DNA of 64,000 nt from Synechococcales cyanobacterium OTE_70_metabat_200 (GTDB lineage Bacteria; Cyanobacteriota; Cyanobacteriia; Cyanobacteriales; Chamaesiphonaceae). The stretch spans positions 1,691-65,690 of the forward strand of contig JANMHS010000012.1 of the NCBI GenBank assembly GCA_031375385.1. The letters run 5' to 3'. Below are positions 16,447-24,019 of the stretch, in pieces; the first letter of the stretch is position 1, and every line of letters begins with the position of its first letter. The notes under the pieces were generated by a model, which was not told the DNA's origin, did no database searches, and was given only the letters and a program-made list of their open reading frames with translations. The translations under genes were made by a program, and so were the position numbers.

Positions 16447-18990
16447 ATGTTGGATACCATTACTCGTCAGCTTGAAACAAGCTCCCAGATTACCAGAATC
16501 AAAAAGTTGCTGTTCTGTGTCTGCTATAGTCGCTGGAGTAAAGATGCCGAAGCCATGTCTAGCAAAGAACTTCAACAGTGTCTGCAAATGCTTTGCGATC
16601 TGCACCCAACCTTGGTGGAATTCAAGCATGCTCTCTATCAGATGGTCATTCGGCTGAACCATAGTAGCGAGTATTATACGGTGGCTAATGCTATCTGCGA
16701 TCAGGTGGAACCACTTTATGCTGAGGCAGCAGCAATCGGAGCAGAGCCGATGCTCGTTCCGGAGGAAATCACCACCGCTAAAACTTTGGAGATACCAGAA
16801 TCAACTACCGTTGGCGGCTCCGAACACAATTCCGATCCCAATGAAGATCGCCGAACTCGCTCTATTTATTTCAAAATTCAGGCCCCCAGCTTACAGCAGG
16901 CCCGAGTGGTCTGCGAAATCTCGTTGGAAGGACGGAAGCAGGCTCAAACCACCGTTAGTCTACCCCTCCAAATTATTCGCGACTATGCCAATTGGCAGAC
17001 CGCATATCGCCGCCTAAACAGCTTACCACAGTTAGCTCTAGTCGGAAAAGGCCAAGAGCCAGCCCCAGCACAGATCGATGAATGTCTGAAGGCTACGGAA
17101 GAACTGGTAGCGAAGCTCCATGACTGGTGCCAAGATTGTCAGCTAATTCAGGAACAAATTCAGCGCCTAGTGCCAGCGGCTGCTCCCTTGAAAGTGTTAG
17201 TCAGTAGCGATCTACCTTCATTGCTGAAGCTGCCCTGGAATCTTTGCCTGCAATCTTTACTGGCAGCCTATCCCCAAGCGGAGACGGTCATTCAATTAAC
17301 CCCACCCGCTCCAGCTCACCAAGTACAGGTAGCTGTGGTGCTGGCCAGTGGGGCGGGTATTGATGGCGAAAAATCCCAAGCTTATTTAGAGGCGCTACCG
17401 GAAACCCATTGCCAAATGCTCCTGGAATCTTCGCCCCACCAAGTGTTAGCGGCGATCGGCCAAACCGGCAGTGTAGTGGCTATTAGTAGTTATATTTCTG
17501 GCTATGGTAGTCGGGAGCGGGTGCTGGTGAATGCCAACGATAGTTTGCCGATCGCTGATCTCCAACAGGCCCTGCGCCGAGCGGTAGAACGCGGTCTCCA
17601 GTTACTGGTTTGGAATGGCGGTGATGGCCTAGAAATGGCCGCGCTGTTAGCGGAGACAGGGGTGCCCTATATTTTGGTGACCAGGGAACCACTGCCCGAT
17701 CGAGTAGTGAATGAGCTATTGAAACTGACCATGAAGCTCATGGCCGATGGCCAGTCTTTGCCTTTGGCCGTGAAAGCGGCGCGCGCCAGACTGCAAGAAA
17801 TAGAGCGGGTGTTTCCGGCAGCGAGCTGGTTGCCATTGCTCTGCCAAACGGGCAATCCGGAACGGGATTTGCAATGGTCCGATCTAGGAGCGCTGCCGCC
17901 GGTAGCCCCCTTGGAGCAGTCCGTGCCGCCAGTTGATGTGCTAGGTCCGGTAACAGATAGTCACCGTTTATCTCCAGAAACGGTGTCTGCGGATTTAAGG
18001 TCTGCTGGTGAGCTGGCCCCTTCACCACCGGAATTGCCTATGTCTCCACCGATTCAGCCGCCCAGCAGTATCGAAATTCCACCGAATATCGATTACGATA
18101 CGATGTCCTTAGATCGCTGTTTGACCGGATACTACAGTGAGGTAAATGCCCTAGCCATTAGCACCGATGGCAAGCTGATTTTCAGCGGCCATGGCGATCT
18201 GGGCTGCAAAGATAATAATGTCAAGGTCTGGCTGCTGGGCAGCGGCGAACTATTACAAGATCTGGTGGGCCATCGGGATGCGGTGCGAGCATTGGTGACC
18301 CAACCAAATCCCCATCAATTCTGGAGCGCCGGGTCCGATGGTCAGTTGCTCTCTTGGGATGTGACAAACAGCCGCGTGACACCTTTTGGCGCCCCGATCG
18401 CCGGTGGAGTCGGCGCGCTGCTCTCGATCGGCAATGGTCGCTATGGGGTCAGTGGCAGCGGCCAGGGCATCATTCAGCTCTGGGATATCGAAAAAAACCG
18501 ACTGCTCCGCTCTTGGTCTACGGATGATGCCATTAGTGCGCTGGCGGTGGATCGATCGGAACAGCTATTGGTCAGCGCCGGTGAGTCGGAGCTATTGCTC
18601 TGGGATCTAGCGCGGGGCCAGCGACTCCATCAGCTACAGGGCCACAGTGGGGCCGTGCGGGCCGTGGCCATTTCGGCGGCTGGAGATTTGGTGATCAGTG
18701 CGGGGGTCGATCGCACGATTCGGATCTGGGATGTGGCTACGGGAGATCTATTGCAGGTGCTGGTGGGCCACGATCGGCAAATCAATTGTTTGGCCCTGAC
18801 TCCCGATGGTCGATCGATTATCACTGGTAGCGATGATAAGACCGTGAAGGTCTGGCGCATGACCGATGGCAGTTTGGTAAATAATCTCTTCGGCCACAAC
18901 AGTCCGATCCTAGCTTTGGCCATTGACCAAGCTGGCAAATTCCTGGTTACCGGTGGCTATGGCGAAATCCGTATCTGGGAAATCGAATAA
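16447..18990 (+). CDS. WD40-repeat protein with a large uncharacterised N-terminal region
   Basis: 847 aa. Seven WD40 units occupy the last roughly 300 aa (e.g. LQGHSGAVRAVAISAAGDLVISAGVDRTIRIWDV). A Pro-rich linker precedes them. I could not assign the first roughly 480 aa to a family and saw no P-loop. Confidence 0.85.
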   Translation: MLDTITRQLETSSQITRIKKLLFCVCYSRWSKDAEAMSSKELQQCLQMLCDLHPTLVEFKHALYQMVIRLNHSSEYYTVANAICDQVEPLYAEAAAIGAEPMLVPEEITTAKTLEIPESTTVGGSEHNSDPNEDRRTRSIYFKIQAPSLQQARVVCEISLEGRKQAQTTVSLPLQIIRDYANWQTAYRRLNSLPQLALVGKGQEPAPAQIDECLKATEELVAKLHDWCQDCQLIQEQIQRLVPAAAPLKVLVSSDLPSLLKLPWNLCLQSLLAAYPQAETVIQLTPPAPAHQVQVAVVLASGAGIDGEKSQAYLEALPETHCQMLLESSPHQVLAAIGQTGSVVAISSYISGYGSRERVLVNANDSLPIADLQQALRRAVERGLQLLVWNGGDGLEMAALLAETGVPYILVTREPLPDRVVNELLKLTMKLMADGQSLPLAVKAARARLQEIERVFPAASWLPLLCQTGNPERDLQWSDLGALPPVAPLEQSVPPVDVLGPVTDSHRLSPETVSADLRSAGELAPSPPELPMSPPIQPPSSIEIPPNIDYDTMSLDRCLTGYYSEVNALAISTDGKLIFSGHGDLGCKDNNVKVWLLGSGELLQDLVGHRDAVRALVTQPNPHQFWSAGSDGQLLSWDVTNSRVTPFGAPIAGGVGALLSIGNGRYGVSGSGQGIIQLWDIEKNRLLRSWSTDDAISALAVDRSEQLLVSAGESELLLWDLARGQRLHQLQGHSGAVRAVAISAAGDLVISAGVDRTIRIWDVATGDLLQVLVGHDRQINCLALTPDGRSIITGSDDKTVKVWRMTDGSLVNNLFGHNSPILALAIDQAGKFLVTGGYGEIRIWEIE

Positions 18991-19042
18991 CTCAGGCCGT
19001 TTCCATGAAAAAATATCCCAAAGATGTTTAAGGATTTGCATT

Positions 19043-19090
19043 GAATCCATTGGGTAGGGGCACGTCGCCACGTGCCCTACCAATGGATTC
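19043..19090. repeat. Imperfect 48-bp palindrome with a CACGT core
   Basis: GAATCCATTGGGTAGGGGCACGT-CGCC-ACGTGCCCTACCAATGGATTC has two 1-nt bulges. It shares the core GTAGGGGCACGT..ACGTGCCC(C)TAC with 19160..19223. Confidence 0.85.
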
Positions 19091-19159
19091 CAAGATCTCA
19101 ATGTCTCTAATATTCACGCCAGAGGTCAATGAAACAATGGCTCTGGTGACAAAACACGG

Positions 19160-19223
19160 TTCCAATGATCCCAAAGGGTAGGGGCACGTGTCCACGTGCC
19201 CCTACCCTTTGGGATCATTGGAA
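19160..19223. repeat. Perfect 64-bp palindrome (31-bp arms, 2-nt loop)
   Basis: I paired TTCCAATGATCCCAAAGGGTAGGGGCACGTG-TC-CACGTGCCCCTACCCTTTGGGATCATTGGAA base by base and found no mismatch. It lies between the convergent WD40 (+) and FGGY kinase (-) genes. Confidence 0.9.
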
Positions 19224-19305
19224 TTTGACCTTCATAGGAAATTTTATTTCTGGAAACCGCCTCAGATCTTGCCCCATGTCTGAAAGGCCCCTCCACCCCC
19301 TAGGG

Positions 19306-20544
19306 CTAGGGGGACAATATTCCCCAGCGGGCCAGGAGCGCCGTACCGTAGGCAGCTTCATCTTGGGCGGCAGGGATGACTGTTACACCCAGATGGCGCT
19401 GGCGAATTTTTTGCCAAGTTAAGTTCTGGGCTCCGCCACCGGCACTGTAGACCTTAGTGACTGGATTTGCCCCCAGTTGCTGGAGGCGATCGAATCCCTG
19501 CCGCTCGATGCGAGCCATGCCCTCCAGTAAGCCCTGCAAAAAATCCGAGTCCGCAGCTGGCCGAGGGGCTAACTGGGGTGGCAGCTGGGGATCGTTAGTG
19601 GGGAATCGCTCGCCCGCTTTGAGTAATGGGTAATAGCGAAGATCTCCAGGTCGATCAGGGTCAATCCGCTCGCTCAAGGCCTGGAGTTCTTCATCCGTAA
19701 AAAAGTGGTGGAGAACTGCGCCGCCGCTATTGGAGGCTCCGCCCGCCAGCCACAGGTCGCCCCAGCGATGGCTGTAAACGCCGCTGGCCGAGTCGTTGAT
19801 GGGTCGATCGCACAGCAGTTTCAGGACCAAGGTGGAACCGAGGGAAGTCACCGCTTCACCGATTTCCGTTGCGCCCGCCGCTGCAAAGGCCCCAATACTA
19901 TCGGTCGTTCCGGCACAGACCAAGCAATCCGCCCCAAAACCAATCCACTCGGGGAGCAAGGAGCCGATCAGGGCACCCGGTGCCCGCACTGCCGGTAACA
20001 AATCTTGATAGGCACCCGTCGCCAACCAATCTGGATAGGCTAAAGCCTGGGGGTCGTAGCCCAGCTTCAGCGCATTGTGATAGTCACTCAGGCCCCAGTG
20101 ACCATGGAGCAAAGCGGCCAGCCAGTCCGCTTGGTGCAGCAAATAGCGGGCCGCTCCAAAATAGGGCTGCTGGGAGTACCAGAGGAGCTTGGCTAAACTG
20201 GAGGTGGCACAGATCGTCCCATGCCCCGCTGGGGCGATCTGTCGTAACCGATCTAGCATCGCCCCGCCCCGATTGTCGTTGTACATGAGGGCAGGGCCGA
20301 GGGGTTGGCCTCGATCGTCACAGAGTAGTACCGTACCAGAGGTACCATCGATGGCAATCCGATCGATCTGGCTTTTGGTTGCTGCCGGAATCTGGTCTAG
20401 CAGTTGGGCTAGGATTGCCGCCCACCGGTGCGGATCTGGCTGCCTGTTGGGCAACCTAGTAGTCCAGCGGATATTACGATCGTTGTCGATCGCTACCGCT
20501 CTAGCACCAGATGTGCCAAAATCTATTCCCAGAGACAACTTCAT
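19306..20544 (-). CDS. FGGY-family carbohydrate kinase (xylulokinase/ribulokinase-like)
   Basis: 412 aa. The N-terminal phosphate-1 motif is LGIDFGTSGARAV, with an actin-fold ATPase layout and a C-terminal GGGAQN motif. Confidence 0.8.
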   Translation of the reverse strand: MKLSLGIDFGTSGARAVAIDNDRNIRWTTRLPNRQPDPHRWAAILAQLLDQIPAATKSQIDRIAIDGTSGTVLLCDDRGQPLGPALMYNDNRGGAMLDRLRQIAPAGHGTICATSSLAKLLWYSQQPYFGAARYLLHQADWLAALLHGHWGLSDYHNALKLGYDPQALAYPDWLATGAYQDLLPAVRAPGALIGSLLPEWIGFGADCLVCAGTTDSIGAFAAAGATEIGEAVTSLGSTLVLKLLCDRPINDSASGVYSHRWGDLWLAGGASNSGGAVLHHFFTDEELQALSERIDPDRPGDLRYYPLLKAGERFPTNDPQLPPQLAPRPAADSDFLQGLLEGMARIERQGFDRLQQLGANPVTKVYSAGGGAQNLTWQKIRQRHLGVTVIPAAQDEAAYGTALLARWGILSP

Positions 20545-20550
20545 CGTTTA

Positions 20551-20566
20551 TGTATCCAATGTCACA
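20551..20566 (+). promoter_or_regulatory. Candidate NtcA-type site upstream of glnB (imperfect)
   Basis: TGTA-TCCAATGT-CACA compared with the consensus TGTA-N8-TACA. It lies 84 nt upstream of the glnB ATG. I could not find a clean TAN3T -10 box at the expected spacing. Confidence 0.3.
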
Positions 20567-20628
20567 AAAATCCTACTGATAAGAGTGATACAAAACTTGC
20601 AGCCCCTACTAGCGAAATTTTAAAATAG

Positions 20629-20988
<360 letters not shown>

Positions 20989-21011
20989 CTTGGACGATCG
21001 GGGCCGCTCTG

Positions 21012-21048
21012 GAGCACCTGCACTTCTGTAGCGGAAGTGTAGGTGCTC
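21012..21048. terminator. Stem-loop between convergent glnB and the ABC ATPase gene
   Basis: GAGCACCTGCACTTC-TGTAGCG-GAAGTGTAGGTGCTC forms a 15-bp stem with one G.U-type mismatch. There is no clear U-tract, so terminator function is uncertain. Confidence 0.4.
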
Positions 21049-21080
21049 TCGCGTAGGGAAGAGCCTACCTAGACCATCTC

Positions 21081-21839
21081 TCAACCAATCGCCACCTCAT
21101 TCACCTGATCTGGAGTCAAATGGGGATAAATTACCTGACCATCCCGAAACCAGACAATCCGCCGGGTTTGGCGAGCCACATCTGGCTCGTGGGTCACCAT
21201 CACGATCGTGATGCCACTCTCATTCAGTTGCGTAAAGATATTCATTACTTCCTGGGTGGTCTTAGAATCCAGCGCTCCCGTCGGCTCGTCGGCTAACAAC
21301 AGCACTGGCTCCCCGACGATCGCGCGGGCGATCGCCACTCGTTGTTGTTGGCCGCCCGAAAGCTGATTGGGCCGGTTGTTGCGGCGATTCGTTAATCCCA
21401 CCCGCTCCAGCGCCGCCGCCGCCCGCTCCGTCCGCTCCTTGGCCGGAATGCCGGCATAGATCAAGGGCAGCATCACATTCTCCATCGCCGTAGATTGGGG
21501 CAAGAGATGGAATTGCTGAAAGACAAAGCCCAACTTGCGATTACGAATATGAGCCAAATTGTCATCGGGCTGGGTCGAAACATCCAGTTTATCGAGGTAG
21601 TAGCGGCCACTGGTGGGGCGATCAAGACAACCAATAATGTTCATGGCTGAAGATTTGCCAGAGCCAGATGGACCCATGATCGAGCAATATTCTCCTTCGG
21701 CGATGATCAGATTCACGTCATCCAAAGCGTTGACGAGGGTATCGCCCATGCCATAGCGTTTGCAAACCGCTTCCATCCGAATAATCACTGGCTCCGTCGG
21801 ACTATCTTGGATGGGGGCGGTGGTTGAGGTAGTGAGCAT
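21081..21839 (-). CDS. ABC transporter ATP-binding protein, DevA/MacB-ATPase type
   Basis: 252 aa. Walker A is GPSGSGKSS, the signature motif is LSGGQQQRVAIARA and Walker B is LLLADEPTGALD. Confidence 0.9.
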   Translation of the reverse strand: MLTTSTTAPIQDSPTEPVIIRMEAVCKRYGMGDTLVNALDDVNLIIAEGEYCSIMGPSGSGKSSAMNIIGCLDRPTSGRYYLDKLDVSTQPDDNLAHIRNRKLGFVFQQFHLLPQSTAMENVMLPLIYAGIPAKERTERAAAALERVGLTNRRNNRPNQLSGGQQQRVAIARAIVGEPVLLLADEPTGALDSKTTQEVMNIFTQLNESGITIVMVTHEPDVARQTRRIVWFRDGQVIYPHLTPDQVNEVAIG

Positions 21840-22169
21840 GGCGATCGGGGTTGGGGATAAAAGATTTGCGGGAAGAATTCCTCAATACGGAACAAAAAGC
21901 TAGAAGAATTGGATGGAACAGGTTGGATGGAAGTTACTAGGAACTATCCCACTTTGTGCTATGAACCAGGTTAACCTAATTTCTCAAGCCTTGAGCCCAG
22001 ATCTGAGCTAGCCTCCAGAGCAACATTCCTGGCTCTTCTCTAGATGCACGGCTTTTTGTGCAGATCGATGAAATAACCTTGGCTGATACTGGTACTTTTG
22101 GGAGTTACAATGGGGAAGTGTCACTTTGGTAGTATTGAGTCAGTTGTGTCTGCTTAGAATCTTTAGGTA

Positions 22170-22754
22170 GTGAATATGTCGATCTCCCTTTTGCCCGTTC
22201 CTACCATCAGTCCTGAAGAGTATTTGGCTTTAGAGATAGAGTCAGAGACTCGTAATGAATATCGAAATGGAGAAATTGTCCCGATGACCGGTGGTACCCC
22301 TGCTCATAACAAGCTGGCAAGTGCTTTGAATGCTTTGCTGTGGTTTGCTCTCCGGGATCAGCCTTTGAATTTGTTTATGACTGACCAACGGTTATGGATT
22401 CCGACAGCTAATATCCATACCTACCCAGATATCATGGTGACCAGAGATCCGCTGGTGTTTCAGGCTGGACGGCGTGATACGGTAATGAACCCGGTGTTTG
22501 TGGCAGAGGTGTTATCGGATTCAACGAAGGCTTATGACCGCACTGATAAGTTTGCGGCTTATCGGACGATCGCCGGATTTGCAGAGTATTTATTGATCGA
22601 TCAAGCTAAGGTTGGTGTGGAACACTATGTAAAGCAGTCTGAAAACCAATGGCTGTTTGCTAGTTACGATCGCCTAGATGTTCAGTTGGTTTTGACGTCT
22701 CTGGAGACACAAGTTTCCTTGGCCGATCTGTACAGTACTATAGATTTTACATAG
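22170..22754 (+). CDS. Uma2-family (DUF820) endonuclease
   Basis: 194 aa: SPEEYLALE...NEYRNGEIVPMTGGTPAHN...PDIMV...VAEVLSDST...DRTDKFAAYRTIAGFAEYLLIDQ. This is the typical restriction-endonuclease-like Uma2 pattern. Confidence 0.85.
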   Translation: MNMSISLLPVPTISPEEYLALEIESETRNEYRNGEIVPMTGGTPAHNKLASALNALLWFALRDQPLNLFMTDQRLWIPTANIHTYPDIMVTRDPLVFQAGRRDTVMNPVFVAEVLSDSTKAYDRTDKFAAYRTIAGFAEYLLIDQAKVGVEHYVKQSENQWLFASYDRLDVQLVLTSLETQVSLADLYSTIDFT

Positions 22755-22784
22755 AGTCGAACTATTTGATAAGGCAGTAATAAC

Positions 22785-23252
22785 ATGGCAAAGCTAGGAT
22801 TAAAGCAAATCAAAAAACTGGATCAAGGGAAAAATATCTCCCATAGCAAAAAAGGGGATGCTCCCCAATGTGGTTTATGCGGCAAAACCAAAAACTTAAC
22901 CAAGACAGAATGTTGTAACAACTGGATTTGCGATGATGAAGACCAATATCGGGTGTTTTCCTTCGCTCGGAATAGCTGCCATCGCAACCATCGACGACTG
23001 ACCCTCTGCGGTGGGCATTACAGCGAAGAGCACAGCGATCAGTGGCAAGATTGTCAAGAGTGCCGAGGTGCATTTGAAACCGAGATGTATGTTTATTTCG
23101 GGACAAATGATTACAACTTTGAAAAACTACCGAACCCGCCCAAATATGCGCCTACCCGGTGTATAGAATGCAAACGGGTAATTAAATTAGGCACTGATGG
23201 TTATACCTACGACTCAAATGGCTATACCTGCGAGAAATGCAGCCCCAATTAA
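22785..23252 (+). CDS. Cys-rich (multi CxxC) hypothetical protein
   Basis: 155 aa ORF with CGLCGK, CCNNWIC, CHRNH..LCGGH, CQECRG, CIECK and CEKC motifs. No family was recognised. Confidence 0.55.
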   Translation: MAKLGLKQIKKLDQGKNISHSKKGDAPQCGLCGKTKNLTKTECCNNWICDDEDQYRVFSFARNSCHRNHRRLTLCGGHYSEEHSDQWQDCQECRGAFETEMYVYFGTNDYNFEKLPNPPKYAPTRCIECKRVIKLGTDGYTYDSNGYTCEKCSPN

Positions 23253-23332
23253 TTGATCCTATGCACTCTCAATTGATCGACCAAAGTTCTAACATGAGCA
23301 AGGTTTTGTTACATCAGGCTGGGCAAGAATGG

Positions 23333-24019
23333 CTAAACACTTCCACCCGGGCGATTGAGCGGTTTTCCATTTCGGTTGAAACAGACCGTAGCCGTTCCAG
23401 GAAATGATTCAATCAGTTCTCTTTTGACATCAGGGTGATTTTCAAACACAGTCATCCACACCGAGAAAAATCCATAGCCCTTTGCTACCTCCAGCACAAG
23501 TTCTCTGGCCTCTTTCGTCTGCCCCGATTTTTCAAGATTTTCTCTGCATCTTTCGGCGGCTTTCCAGATCTCTTCCCGATCCCGCCAGCGTTTGTCTCTG
23601 CGGGCTGGTTGCGTCCCGCTGGCCGCTGGATGTCTTTGTAAACCTACCAAATCCAATAATGTCTGTGCTTTCGATTGCTGAGTGGTATTCAGCCCATTGG
23701 CTAGGATGACAAATCCGCCCCTAGTGTAACAGATTGAGAGAAACGTATTATCCCGATCGGGCCATAAAGAATCATTAATTCCAATATCTTGAGCACCTTT
23801 AACTGAATTGCAGTTAGTGCAGCCCAACAGGAAATTAGTCCATGTTGTTTTTAGCTCTGGATGCAAACTTTTGGGCAACACATGCTCGACAGCTAAACCA
23901 ATGGGGATATGGCGTTCGCAATAGCTACAGTATTTTCCCAGCTATGCGGTCAAATCTTCAATGGCATCCTCATATTGTGGATAGCTGCGCGGTGCTAATC
24001 CCCTGTCTAATGGCCTCAT
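23333..24019 (-). pseudogene. PtuB/TIGR02646-like HNH endonuclease gene interrupted by an in-frame TAG
   Basis: The ATG at 24019..24017 overlaps the upstream TGA (ATGA). The reading frame gives MRPLDRGLAPRSYPQYEDAIEDLTA, then TAG (23944..23942), then LGKYCSYCERHIPIGLAVEHVLPKSLHPELKTTWTNFLLGCTNCNSVKG... The longest intact ORF (23333..23881, GTG start) lacks the CxxC and the catalytic His. Confidence 0.75.

Noticed and set aside
19165-19422. 85 aa ORF spanning the 64-bp palindrome
   Set aside because: It starts inside the perfect palindrome and runs antisense into the FGGY kinase gene. Nothing supports it as a gene.
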